Translations under genes and position numbers: made by a program | Shown: one piece after another, positions 48,740 to 59,034 of the stretch | How the letters are laid out: each line of letters opens with the position of its first letter | Numbering within the stretch: the stretch's first letter is position 1 | The notes under the pieces: model-generated | Databases searched by the model: none | The model's input: the letters and a program-made list of their open reading frames with translations, nothing else | Told to the model about the DNA's origin: nothing | Assembly (NCBI GenBank): GCA_965116925.1 | Contig: OZ220744.1 | Span: 3,456,001-3,520,000 of the forward strand | DNA: 64,000 bases | Reading direction: 5' to 3' | Source: Candidatus Poribacteria bacterium | Lineage (GTDB): Bacteria; Poribacteria; WGA-4E; PCPOR2b

Positions 48740-50536
48740 ATGAACCAACTGATGGAAAAATGGGATTTATTCACACAACTAAGCGACCTCTTCACACCGA
48801 TGGACTGCAACCAGCAGGTGGAAGCGTATGACGCATTACTAGCGGACTGCCCCGATGAACAGAAGCCGATACTGACCGAAATCGCAGGCTTCGCTTCGAT
48901 TGCTGTTTTCGCCAAGCTCCACCTGTCCGATTACACCCGGCTGCCCTTCGGGGTGCACCACAAGGCATTCTTTGAGGCGATACCGCGTGGAGAACGGGGA
49001 CAGAAGGTGAATATCCTCGCACCGCGGGGCAGCGGCAAAAGCACGGGGATTACTGTCTTCTATCCAATCCACTGTATCTACTATAAGTATCTGTACGACG
49101 AGTTCGACATGAAGTCCGAGAAATATATCCTGATCCTGTCGCGGTCATACGGGAACGCCATTGACCGGATTAAGGACATCAAATCCGAGATCGAGATGCG
49201 TCCCTCTCTACAGCATCTCAAAGGCGATGACACATGGGGCGAGATGCGATCTATCACCGCAAACGACATCCTGCTCGTACCGCAGAGCCGAGGGGGCAAG
49301 GTGCGTGGCAGTCTTTATAAAGGCTTCCGTCCGACATTGGTGTTGCCCGATGATCTCGACGACATCGACAGCATCAGAAACCCCAACACACTCCAGAAAG
49401 ACGAGGAATGGTTCAACAGTGACCTCATGGAGTGCGGCGATGCGGACACCAACTTTGTATGCGTGGACACCGTCAAGGGCGAGCGAGCCATTGCGAATCA
49501 GCTCCGATATCGACCCGCGTGGCGGAACATTTTTATACAGGCTATCCCGACACCTGACCAGCTTGTGCATCCGGATGCCGAACACCTCTGGCAAGAATAC
49601 AGGAAAATCTATGCCAACACCGCCCTAGAGCCACAAGAACGCTCGATGCAGATGGAGGATTTTTGGACTGAGCATCAGAAAGAGATGAACGCCGGCGTTG
49701 AGGAGACATGGCGCGAGAAATGGACTTACCGGTCCTTGCGGGAGAAGGAGTTTGATCAAGGGCGTGCAGCGATTCTACGGGAATACCAGAACCACCCCGT
49801 GGACAGAGAGTTAGCAATCTTTGACATGGAGAACGCCGTCCGATTCACCGTTGAGAGCGACGGGCTGTTGCGGACAGATGAACGACTGGTGCGCTGGGAA
49901 CACTTGAGCGGGGCGACGATCTTTCTAGACTGGGCGGGCATCAAGGAGAGTCTCGACAACTGTTTTGCCGCGGTCGTGGCGATCCTATGGGAACCTGCGT
50001 ATAAATCCAGCTATTCGGATATGCAGACACTGGGAGCTTACGGCTACGTGCATCAAGTCTGGATGGAACGCGGTTCACGCGGTAAGCAGATCGAGGCGCT
50101 GTGCGATGTATACAGAAACGTCTACGACTTCTTGGCACTGCGTGTGCGAGCACAGTTTAAAGTCCACCTGTGTTGTGAGGACTTCGTGGATACGACCGGA
50201 GATCAGAAAGAAAATTTCCTGAGACATTATGAGAGTATCAGCTCGGCTAAAGAAATTTCGACACCACTTCAGTTTTTGCCACGCCAGCGGAATAAGGAGG
50301 AAAGAATAGCTTCGCTTGAAGCACCCATCGAAAACGGATGGTTGGCATTTCATAAGGAATTGCCAAAGATATTCATGGATCAGATGCGAGAATTCCCGAT
50401 CTGTGATTTCAACGATGGACCTGATAGCTGTGAAGGGGCATGGTCATGCAAAATCATCGAAACAGAAAATGAGCGTCAAGCCAGACGCGACAGAGCAAAT
50501 CAGCGCGTCCAGAGCAGCCGCGTCCTACAATTTTAA
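48740..50536 (+). CDS. terL: Phage terminase large subunit
   Basis: Walker A APRGSGKST; VRG....RPTLV..DD; REYQN.P; nuclease motifs FLDWA, NKEERI, FP...DGPD. Confidence 0.9.
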   Translation: MNQLMEKWDLFTQLSDLFTPMDCNQQVEAYDALLADCPDEQKPILTEIAGFASIAVFAKLHLSDYTRLPFGVHHKAFFEAIPRGERGQKVNILAPRGSGKSTGITVFYPIHCIYYKYLYDEFDMKSEKYILILSRSYGNAIDRIKDIKSEIEMRPSLQHLKGDDTWGEMRSITANDILLVPQSRGGKVRGSLYKGFRPTLVLPDDLDDIDSIRNPNTLQKDEEWFNSDLMECGDADTNFVCVDTVKGERAIANQLRYRPAWRNIFIQAIPTPDQLVHPDAEHLWQEYRKIYANTALEPQERSMQMEDFWTEHQKEMNAGVEETWREKWTYRSLREKEFDQGRAAILREYQNHPVDRELAIFDMENAVRFTVESDGLLRTDERLVRWEHLSGATIFLDWAGIKESLDNCFAAVVAILWEPAYKSSYSDMQTLGAYGYVHQVWMERGSRGKQIEALCDVYRNVYDFLALRVRAQFKVHLCCEDFVDTTGDQKENFLRHYESISSAKEISTPLQFLPRQRNKEERIASLEAPIENGWLAFHKELPKIFMDQMREFPICDFNDGPDSCEGAWSCKIIETENERQARRDRANQRVQSSRVLQF

Positions 50537-50676
50537 CCCGCGAATCCGCTAATCATTGAAACAGTGACCCCGTAGGTTGGGTTGAGCGATAGCGAAACCC
50601 AACACTATGCCCAATGCACCAATGTCCCTTACGCATCACGCATTACGCATTATCTTGGTTAGGCATCATGTTTCAA

Positions 50677-51165
50677 TTAGGGACGAGGTACCGTCCGAAA
50701 CTTTATCGTCGTGTCGTGTCCCAGCTTCTCGTTGTCCCTGAAGATGATATCGATATGGTATTCCTTATCGTATTCGAGAAGAGTACTTTCAACCGTCCGT
50801 GTCATCCTGATGCAAGAGCCGATGTTGTCGCCAGTGAGTGCAGCGCGAGGGGACCACTTAAGGGACTCCCCATCAAGCAGGAGGTCAGCCTTAAACAGAC
50901 CTAAATCTTCATCAAACTCAAAAAAAATACCGTCCCGATTTAAAGGGACAGGATTTAAAGGGACAGGGTCAGCGCCGGGCTCCTCTGGGAGGACATCGCT
51001 CCTCACAATGTGTGGTGGAGATCGATCTTCACGATTGCCCTCCACAGTGGACAGAGGGTCTTCAGCAACGGGCGAGAGTTTCTCAGCAAAGGGTTCCTCG
51101 ACGACCTCTGTATCGGTGCCACAGCCAAGTATCAGGATAGCGAGAATCAATAACAAGATTTTCAT
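50677..51165 (-). CDS. Lipoprotein L12, Ig-like (array family)
   Basis: LILGC lipobox; LNRDGIFFEFDEDL..DL.LDG..L.W...LEY..EY.I...FRT. Confidence 0.75.
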   Translation of the reverse strand: MKILLLILAILILGCGTDTEVVEEPFAEKLSPVAEDPLSTVEGNREDRSPPHIVRSDVLPEEPGADPVPLNPVPLNRDGIFFEFDEDLGLFKADLLLDGESLKWSPRAALTGDNIGSCIRMTRTVESTLLEYDKEYHIDIIFRDNEKLGHDTTIKFRTVPRP

Positions 51166-51252
51166 AACGCACCTCCTTATGATAAGACACCCCGTTATAT
51201 CTTATATTGTTGCAGTATGCTTCTATTTTAATCAGGAAAAAGGAGAAATAAA

Positions 51253-51357
51253 ATGCCACTATTTGTACAACCACTTCGTAGATTGAGTCCCTTGGAAGAA
51301 TACGCAGTTAATTCGGTTTTTGGTGGAACAATAGATCCAGGCAAAATGAACCAATGA
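51253..51357 (+). pseudogene. N-terminal stub of the array peptidase family
   Basis: RBS AGGAG; MPLFVQPLRRLSPLEEYAVNSVFGGTIDPG, then breaks in ATGAACCA octamers. Confidence 0.75.
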
Positions 51358-51372
51358 ACTAACTGGAAAGAC

Positions 51373-52178
51373 ATGGCACAAGAGAAACCGTTTGAAAAAT
51401 TGAGACCAAATACGCAGAAAGCGATACGGAACGAGACAAAGCGGAAAATGGAGGGCAGATATCCGCGGACATGGATAGATGCTGCCCTCGGAATTGAGGA
51501 TCCGCCGTGGTGGTGGCAGGGAGTGACATGGCTGCCGGGTCGAGCGGCACCTGCATTCCTAACCGGTATTGGCGAAGGGATAGAAGGCATTGATATAATG
51601 CTCAGTCCGGTCGACACGGCACTAAAGCAGAACTTAGAACTCGCTATCGAAAATGCTGAGAAATACAGAAGGGTGAGGATTTACATAAAGAAATCCATGT
51701 GCAGCTTATCAATAGGGCTCCACAGTTTGAGAAAGTCCGGCTTAAATTGAACCTTCAGGATTTGGTTGATGACTCCGGCGCGTTTATGACATACAGCGAG
51801 GCTAAAAAGCGGTGGGGCGACAAATTAGTAAAAAAAGAATACGATTATTGGTATAATTATGTAGAAACCGCAGAATCTTCCTTTAACCTGACGCCAATCA
51901 AGCCCGTGGAGATTGATGGTGAGATAGTGAGGATGCGGTATCTTGGTGTCAATGGAAGCGACAGTTTTGACGTAATATATGATTACTTGGTTAGAAGGGA
52001 GTGGGACAACGTTATTAAAAAAGAGGAGGACAGGTCGGTGTTACAAGTGATACAGGGCGATGAGATTGGTGAAACATGGTCAGACGATGGGAAAGTTATC
52101 AAGCCGAAAGAAACGCTCGCTGTGTTTGATTTGGACGCGATAAAACGCTTTCCGTACACTGTGGGGGGACAACAATGA
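51373..52178 (+). CDS. Hypothetical protein; probably one gene frameshifted near 51670
   Basis: ORFs 51373-51750 and 51699-52178 overlap; the second frame is open upstream (GEDLHKEIHVQLINR) and has no clear RBS. Confidence 0.45.
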
Positions 52179-52666
52179 AAATAACAATGAAAGGCTATGT
52201 ACCCTATCCAGAAGAGATTGAAATCGAGCGCAGGACAAATATCACGGACGAAGAAGTTAAAGCAGCCAAGGCACACACGCTAAGAGTAGTTATAGAAACA
52301 GGTTCAAGCTCTGAAGAGTTCAAACGCGCCGCACGCATTGAAGCCGCGCTCGTCTGGAAGCAATACGCGCTGAAGAAAATGAACAACCCAGAACTAAAAA
52401 TGGAAAGGTATGAAGCCTACCCCGAAGAAATTGAAATCTTCCGAAAGCCAGAAATTACGGACGAAGATATTGCAGAAGCCGACGCACAACTGCGAAAGGC
52501 GAGAAAGGAAAAAGGACGAGAATCTGATGAATACCGCCGAGCCGCACGCATCCGGTCCAGTCTCTTCTGGCGCCGATTCGGACTCAAGAATATAGAACGC
52601 GAAAGCGAAGATGAAGATAATACCGATTATGGAGAGTTAGATCGCATTACCGGTGTTAAGAGATAA
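52175..52666 (+). CDS. Hypothetical protein with two internal repeats
   Basis: YPEEIEI.R...ITDE....A.A......G..S.E..RAARI...L.W....LK occurs twice. Confidence 0.7.
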   Translation: MKITMKGYVPYPEEIEIERRTNITDEEVKAAKAHTLRVVIETGSSSEEFKRAARIEAALVWKQYALKKMNNPELKMERYEAYPEEIEIFRKPEITDEDIAEADAQLRKARKEKGRESDEYRRAARIRSSLFWRRFGLKNIERESEDEDNTDYGELDRITGVKR

Positions 52667-52806
52667 TGACATGGATTAAAAAAGAGAGGGGGCAAGGTAG
52701 TAGGCATACTCCGTATGCCGTAACCTCCGTCCTAATATGGAGAAATAACTCACGTCCGGGGGGCGACTCAATGAACCAATGAACCAATGAACCAACTGAC
52801 TTAAGG

Positions 52807-53295
52807 CTAAGGGATTGTCCAAAACTCGATCTCCAGTTCGAGAACATTACCTGTGTTATCCCCGGCTAGCAGATCGATAAGATACTCCTTTCCGCGTTCG
52901 AGAAAAGGACCGTTGGCTGGCGGGATTAGCGTGATGGAGACGCCGATATCGTTGGCGGAGCGTATCACAGTAGGGCGCCAACCCAGCGACGCTCCATCGA
53001 GCGAGAGGTCAATCACAATCCGATGCAAATCTTCATTGAAATCGAAGAAAATGCCTTCCTTATTTAACCGGTCAGAATTAAAGGAAACCCTTTCATGTTG
53101 GGGGTAGATGTTGCTCTTTATAATCCGTGGTGGATCCAGATCGCCACGCTCCCCCTCCACATTCGGCCCGACTTCGTGAACAACGAATACTCTCGACTCG
53201 GATTCTTCGGCAATAGGCGGAGGTTCCTCAACGACCTCTGTATCGGTGCCGCAACCAAGCATCAGAATAGCAAGAACCAATAACAAGTTTTTCAT
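52807..53295 (-). CDS. Lipoprotein L13, Ig-like (array family)
   Basis: LMLGC lipobox; paralog of L12. Confidence 0.75.
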   Translation of the reverse strand: MKNLLLVLAILMLGCGTDTEVVEEPPPIAEESESRVFVVHEVGPNVEGERGDLDPPRIIKSNIYPQHERVSFNSDRLNKEGIFFDFNEDLHRIVIDLSLDGASLGWRPTVIRSANDIGVSITLIPPANGPFLERGKEYLIDLLAGDNTGNVLELEIEFWTIP

Positions 53296-53458
53296 GTCGC
53301 ACCTCCTTGCGTCTTATATTGTTGCATAATATTACCACCTTGATCAAGAAAAAATCAGTTACAGCTCGCGCCTCACGCTTTACCGCCTCGTAGGTACAGG
53401 TTTCCTAACCTGTACGAATGAACCAATGAACTAACCAAAAAGGATAGACCAACAAAAA

Positions 53459-55081
53459 ATGGCAGCAAAAATACACCCACTCCTCGAACTACGCGACGCC
53501 GCCTACGAAGCCGCAGCACCCGCACACGAGCGGATGAAAAATGAAATCAGCTTATACCGTAACGAAGACTACACCGGCGAATCGTGGATCAAACGGTTCA
53601 AGCGATCCGTCACACGCTCCATCAGCCCACAGATCAACACCGCAATCAATCGCCTCATCCCCGTTTTCACCGAGCAGATGGCGCACGTCAACGTCGAGCC
53701 TATCCGCAAGGACGCCAGCGAACTGGAACGGTTGGCAACCGATGAGCTCCAAGAACATCTCGACAACTTAGAGGCGGTCGATTCCGAGACCGAAGAGCTA
53801 CGCACGCTGATCCTGCACAACCAAGCCATGGGGAACGCTATCTCAAAAACGGTCTACGATCCCACGACCGAAATGGTCCGTGCCGTCGCGATTAACCCGC
53901 TGCGGTTCGCGCCGTCGCCGTATGCCACACGCTCAGACTTCAGGGGCGGCGGCTACGTCGTGCATACCACATATCACAACTATATGACCGTTTCTAAAAA
54001 ATATGCGGACGCACCCATTCCGAACAAACCGTATAATGACAGAGCGTTGATGGGCGGGAATATCCGCGTGGACGAGGTCTACATGACCGGCGAGATTGCA
54101 CGAGCGATCGGGATTCCGCGGTCGAAAGATTCAACGGTGGTGATCGCGACCATTGTGGACGACGAACCGTATCGAGCGAGCCACGACGATTTCTGGTATC
54201 CCGACTTCCCGTTCGCACACTGGCGCAACTTCCTTGATGTCAGCAGTTACGGCAAGCCGAGCGATTTCTGGGGCTACGGCTACGCCACGCTCCTGGAACC
54301 GCAGCAGAAGGTGTTAGACGAATTTCTTGCCAACTACATGTGGATTACACGAAACCTCGCCACAGGGCGGCTGTTGGCGCGGGAGGGCGTACTGGATCAA
54401 GAACAGCTCTCCAACTCCAGCGGCGATATTATTAATGTCCGAAACCTCCAGACAGGTGAACCGATCGGGAACGCCGTCCAGTTCGTTCAGAACCCCGAAG
54501 CACCCGTATCCCTGTTGAACATGATCCAGATGGTGAACCAGTTCATCAACGAGCAGGTGCCGTCACTCTCGCCGGTGTTCGCCGGTCAGTCGCCGGGTGC
54601 CTCCACGAGCGGGCGGGCAATTAGCAGCCTCCAGACAGCGGTGTTCAACCAACTGTCCGACAACATCAGAGATATGAACGCCTTCCGTGAACGGCGAGCC
54701 CGGATTCGGCTCAACTTTATCCAGCAGTTTGCCAAGCGATCGATGCAGCCGAACCGATGGCGGATGGGCTATGATCTACCGGAACTGTCCGAAGAGGCGC
54801 GGCATCAACCGTTCATGGTCTCAACCCCGGACACCTCCGCATTGCCGCAGACGCCGCTCGGCAAGTTGCAAGTAATCTCAATGCTGATGGGGATGGGGAT
54901 ACGGGTGAAACCGGAGCGACTGATGGAGATGGTCGGACTAAAATCAAGCTACGGCTTATCCGAAGCGGATCTGGTGCAGGCGATAACCCCGCCACCAGGG
55001 CTATCGCTAGGCAACCCCCAATCCCCAATTGACGAAGCATCCGTCGCCGGCTTAGAAACCGTACCACCCATTGAACGATAA
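53459..55081 (+). CDS. Phage portal protein (podovirus/P22-like)
   Basis: 540 aa located after TerL; YPDFPF, FWGYG..L..PQQ..D, G....STSGRAI..LQ. Confidence 0.75.
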   Translation: MAAKIHPLLELRDAAYEAAAPAHERMKNEISLYRNEDYTGESWIKRFKRSVTRSISPQINTAINRLIPVFTEQMAHVNVEPIRKDASELERLATDELQEHLDNLEAVDSETEELRTLILHNQAMGNAISKTVYDPTTEMVRAVAINPLRFAPSPYATRSDFRGGGYVVHTTYHNYMTVSKKYADAPIPNKPYNDRALMGGNIRVDEVYMTGEIARAIGIPRSKDSTVVIATIVDDEPYRASHDDFWYPDFPFAHWRNFLDVSSYGKPSDFWGYGYATLLEPQQKVLDEFLANYMWITRNLATGRLLAREGVLDQEQLSNSSGDIINVRNLQTGEPIGNAVQFVQNPEAPVSLLNMIQMVNQFINEQVPSLSPVFAGQSPGASTSGRAISSLQTAVFNQLSDNIRDMNAFRERRARIRLNFIQQFAKRSMQPNRWRMGYDLPELSEEARHQPFMVSTPDTSALPQTPLGKLQVISMLMGMGIRVKPERLMEMVGLKSSYGLSEADLVQAITPPPGLSLGNPQSPIDEASVAGLETVPPIER

Positions 55082-55176
55082 AGTAGTAGGCACACTCCGT
55101 GTGCCGTAACCATAACTGTTTTAACTTGACAACCAATGAGGTATATGGTAAAACAATCTCCCAAGGAGGTTAGCAA

Positions 55177-55491
55177 ATGCAAACAAGCCAAGTTATAACA
55201 ATCATAGTGTCCATAGTTGTTTCAAACGTTACACTCTTAGGCGGATTGATTCTAATCCTTCATAGAGCGACTAACAAGCGGATTGATGACCTCTCAAAAC
55301 GATTCGATGATACCAACAAACGATTCGATGATACTAACAAACGATTCGATGATACTAACAAACGATTCGACGACATTAACGAACGATTCAATGACATTAA
55401 CAAGCAAATCGACGCTATTAGAGAAGATGTCCGCATGATACTAAATTACCTACTGCCAGAAAATATGCAGAAAAACAGACGTAAACGATAA
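55177..55491 (+). CDS. TM-anchored coiled-coil repeat protein
   Basis: KRFDDTN heptads encoded by 21-bp tandem repeats; own TTGACA-17-TAAAAC promoter and AAGGAGG RBS. Confidence 0.7.
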   Translation: MQTSQVITIIVSIVVSNVTLLGGLILILHRATNKRIDDLSKRFDDTNKRFDDTNKRFDDTNKRFDDINERFNDINKQIDAIREDVRMILNYLLPENMQKNRRKR

Positions 55492-55531
55492 AGTGGACCC
55501 ATTGTCGAGGTCAAAATAATCTAAAAATAAG

Positions 55532-55663
55532 GGCTCATGTAAAAAGAAAGTGCAAAACACGAAGCGAAATCGTAGGGGCGGGGTCTCCCCGCCCGCCGTA
55601 AGGGTTGGGGGACCCAACCCCTACGAATATTCGGTTTCTTTGCACTAAATCTTAACATGAGCG
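55532..55663. mobile_element. MITE with 8-bp target duplication
   Basis: AAAATAAG flanks both ends. Confidence 0.75.
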
Positions 55664-55792
55664 AAAATAAGTAAGATATCTGAGTCCCCGTAGGTTGGGT
55701 AGAGCGCAGCGAAACCCAACAATATACTTACATACCACGCATCGTAGGTACAGATTTCCCAATCTGTACTCAAGGCACGAACAAAAAACGTC

Positions 55793-55935
55793 GTAAATCT
55801 CCCCTGAAGGGGCAGTATTCACGACCTCATAATTGATTCATCCAGATCAACCCCGAAGGGGCGGTATCTGATGTTAATTCATCAGTTCATTTAACGAACC
55901 GATGAACCAACACAACCGCCAATTCGGGGTTTTTT
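55793..55935 (+). ncRNA. Putative attenuator leader RNA, copy 5 (upstream of scaffold/capsid genes)
   Basis: Degenerate core at 55793-55822; core CAGATCAACCCCGAAGGGGCGGTATCTG (55843-55870); arm ACCGCCAATTCGGGGTTTTTT. Confidence 0.7.
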
Positions 55936-56001
55936 ATTGATCCACCAAAAGTAATAGGCACACTCCGTGTGCCGTAACCATTTACAAAAAGGAGAAAAAC
56001 T

Positions 56002-56541
56002 ATGGCAGACGAAACGACCGCCACCCCTGATCTCGAAACGGACAGCGATCAAGCCACAGACGACGCTGTAGACGTAGACACCGATCAGAGTGGCGAAGAC
56101 GGTGCCGAAAAGCAGCCACTGGGGTTTATGCAGTTCGCACAACAGTTTGTCGAAAGCGATCCCAGGATCCAGGCACTTCGAGACGCACCGGAACCCACAG
56201 CAGAGCAGCGTACCGATTTACGGCTGACAGCGATGGAGATTCAGCAGAACATTCGGCACGCGCAAGACGATTTCAAACGGCTGAACCCCGATGCGTCGGA
56301 GGTACAGGTCGAAGAGTATGTCGCGGCAGTATTTGAGCGCGACATTGTTACGGCGGACCGCATCCAGAAAGAAGTCCAGCGGAAACGCCAAGAGAAGGAA
56401 CAGGCAGAAGCCAACGATAAGAAAAGATCGGTGGCACTCAACACGACAGACACAGCGCAGGACGGCGGTGCGAAAGAGAACCGCTTCACTGGGCAAAACA
56501 CTGTAAACGGAATCCGAAGAATCCTCTTCGGCAACAGCTAA
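56002..56541 (+). CDS. Putative capsid scaffolding protein
   Basis: Acidic N-terminus, helical, directly before the capsid gene. Confidence 0.6.
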   Translation: MADETTATPDLETDSDQATDDAVDVDTDQSGEDGAEKQPLGFMQFAQQFVESDPRIQALRDAPEPTAEQRTDLRLTAMEIQQNIRHAQDDFKRLNPDASEVQVEEYVAAVFERDIVTADRIQKEVQRKRQEKEQAEANDKKRSVALNTTDTAQDGGAKENRFTGQNTVNGIRRILFGNS

Positions 56542-56649
56542 AAGCAGAAGACGAGAAGACCAGAAGACGAGATAAAAGCCAAATGCTTTTTCCCGTTCTC
56601 CCGTTTTCTCGCTTTCCCGTTTTCTCTTAACTCTATAGGAGGTTAAACA

Positions 56650-57861
56650 ATGTCTATTTGGGGACGAGTGAACAACGCGGTTGATGCCTATGTCATGCCG
56701 GAAGTGATGGCAGACGGGCTGGTCAGCGAGTCGAGGACCGCGTTAATCCTAAAAGCACGGGCGGAGAATGTTACAGGTCCCGCCGGAAACGATATTGAAT
56801 TGACATGGCAGACCGAAATCGCACGCGGTCGAAGCTATCGCGGCGCACCGGAGAAGGGGCAAGTCGTCGATACCGGCGAGCCGGTCTCCAGCCGCGCGCT
56901 CTGGAGCGGTTTCGAGGCAGATATTGTTATCCAAGGCGACGAGATCGTTAAGTCAACCGGGATGACAACCAAGCAAATCATGGAGAAGGAAGTTGCCGAT
57001 ATGTCCGGCGGCGAGCGCGATATGATGCGCGTCTACGACATTCACAAGGAAGCGGTCATGGGCGCAGCACAACGCACCAAAACACAGATCTCCAAAGCAC
57101 TCTGGGAGAACTACCTGTTCGACGACCGTCCCGAATACGCACCAGAAGGGTTGCCGACGCTGTTCGATGAGAACGCAGACTGGCACGGACTGGCACCCGC
57201 CGGGTTAGGCAACTGGCAGGATGGCAGAGCCCATAACCCCTGGGGCGGCTCAGGACCGCCGAATGATCTAACCGGCGATGCGAAGTATTATCGGCATATC
57301 CCGCAGATCTTCGATCCGGGTGCGTCCACGACCATCAGCTACGACGTGCTCCACGAGTACAACGTGGCGATGTCCGCATCAATACCCGGCTACTGGATCT
57401 GTCCGCTGCACTACAAGCTGTTCACCACGCTGACGAAGAAAGCGGAGGGCAGTGACAAGCTCCCGATTTCCGTCGGCTACGGTATGTGGCGCAGGAGTGA
57501 GACGGTTTTGCTCTATGATCGAACATTCTACTTCGCCGACAACGAAGCGCCGGAAGACGAAGCGTGGCACATCCACATCGGCGATGTCGGTGGGACAAAC
57601 TCCACACGGGGCGCAGGCTTGAAGATGATGCAGTGGGTACCGCCCAATGCAGAGGAGGTTATGAGCCAGATGCCGCCGCCCGATCCGTTCACCGAGCCGG
57701 GCTATAACCTCGGTTACAACACGACCCTTCCAGTCTGGACGGACGAATACGATAGAGCGCAGGGTCAGACGGATACGATCTACTCAGAAATGCGCTATCT
57801 GTTCGCATTCTGTGGCGGATACAGATGGAAAAATTTCAAAGTGAAAGGACTCACATCGTAG
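56650..57861 (+). CDS. Putative major capsid protein
   Basis: 403 aa; position after portal and scaffold; strong RBS; PEGLPTLF; terminal FKVKGLT. Confidence 0.7.
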   Translation: MSIWGRVNNAVDAYVMPEVMADGLVSESRTALILKARAENVTGPAGNDIELTWQTEIARGRSYRGAPEKGQVVDTGEPVSSRALWSGFEADIVIQGDEIVKSTGMTTKQIMEKEVADMSGGERDMMRVYDIHKEAVMGAAQRTKTQISKALWENYLFDDRPEYAPEGLPTLFDENADWHGLAPAGLGNWQDGRAHNPWGGSGPPNDLTGDAKYYRHIPQIFDPGASTTISYDVLHEYNVAMSASIPGYWICPLHYKLFTTLTKKAEGSDKLPISVGYGMWRRSETVLLYDRTFYFADNEAPEDEAWHIHIGDVGGTNSTRGAGLKMMQWVPPNAEEVMSQMPPPDPFTEPGYNLGYNTTLPVWTDEYDRAQGQTDTIYSEMRYLFAFCGGYRWKNFKVKGLTS

Positions 57862-58053
57862 CATGAGGAAGCGAGGAGGCGAGTGAACGAGGTGGCGAGA
57901 GGACGAGGAAGTGAGGTGGCGAATGAACGAAGTGGCGAGGAAAATATAACCTGCTCCCACGCTTACTCACACACCTGCTTCCTCTAAAACTCGCTCCCTC
58001 ACATACTCACACACGCGCTCCCCCGCTCCCACAACAATGGAGGGACACAAAAA

Positions 58054-58848
58054 ATGGATTTCAGCAGATTTGACTACGGGGCTTTGCACGAAGATCAGCG
58101 GGCAAGGCTCGGCATCGGAATTACTGATATTAACGGTGAACGTTGGGGCTACGTCCGGATACGCGAGGCGATGAGTTTTGGGCAGGTCGTCCGTTCAAGC
58201 AAGCACACCGACTTGGTATCGACAAACCCCGGCGCAGTTTCTGCAGCCGCACCCGTTGGCAGCGACAAGCTGACGACCGACAACGGCTTTCAACTTTCAA
58301 GCGTCACCCAAGATCTGCGAGGCGCGATCGGTTATATTTCGCAAGGAACTGGAGTCGGTCAGCAGTTCTACATCTTGGAGAACAACGACGACACAGCGAA
58401 GGTCTTTGTCCTGACAGGCGGCCTCAACCGCAATAAAAACAGAGGGTGGGTCACCGCGCTGGATAACACCTCCAAGTTCCTACTCTTTTTCCCCGGCGAA
58501 GGACGCCAGGGCGAGGGTGTAAGCGATCTGGTCGAAGGCGTTATCCAAACGGAGGCAACTTCAGACGACATCGGCAAGTTCTGCTGGGTGAAGCGTTCCG
58601 GAATCACCGCTTGCTTGGCAGATTTCGACGGAACCGATATAAGCGCGGGCGGCATCGTTGTCCCGGCAGCGGACGGCTTGGTCGCAGGACACAATACAAG
58701 TGCCCGTGGAATCGGTCAAGGGCTGGCTGCAACGGATCAATTGACTGCCAACACATTGGCGTTGGTGAATCTGAACATCCCTGACGGCCCCCTAAGCTAC
58801 GCCTATGCGCGTGCTACGAACGCTTTCAACGAGGCAACGATCCGCTAA
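58054..58848 (+). CDS. Putative capsid decoration/minor structural protein
   Basis: LG....D.NG..W.YVR...FCWVKRSG pattern directly after the capsid gene. Confidence 0.55.
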   Translation: MDFSRFDYGALHEDQRARLGIGITDINGERWGYVRIREAMSFGQVVRSSKHTDLVSTNPGAVSAAAPVGSDKLTTDNGFQLSSVTQDLRGAIGYISQGTGVGQQFYILENNDDTAKVFVLTGGLNRNKNRGWVTALDNTSKFLLFFPGEGRQGEGVSDLVEGVIQTEATSDDIGKFCWVKRSGITACLADFDGTDISAGGIVVPAADGLVAGHNTSARGIGQGLAATDQLTANTLALVNLNIPDGPLSYAYARATNAFNEATIR

Positions 58849-58931
58849 GGTTTATATAAAAAGAAAGCGCAAAGAAACCGAGTTTTTTCGGCAAAACTCG
58901 GTTTCTGTTGCACCATTTCTTAACATGAACC
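58849..58931. mobile_element. MITE of the same end family with a different internal palindrome
   Basis: GGTTTATA...CATGAACC ends; flanks TCCGCTAA and TCCACTAA. Confidence 0.6.
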
Positions 58932-59034
58932 TCCACTAAAAATTGAAAGTGTGAAGGTGGGCGGTACATTTTTCTCACTTTCACACTTTCAGCTACTTTT
59001 GTTGAAAATCCCGATTTATCGGGGAGGTGTTGAG

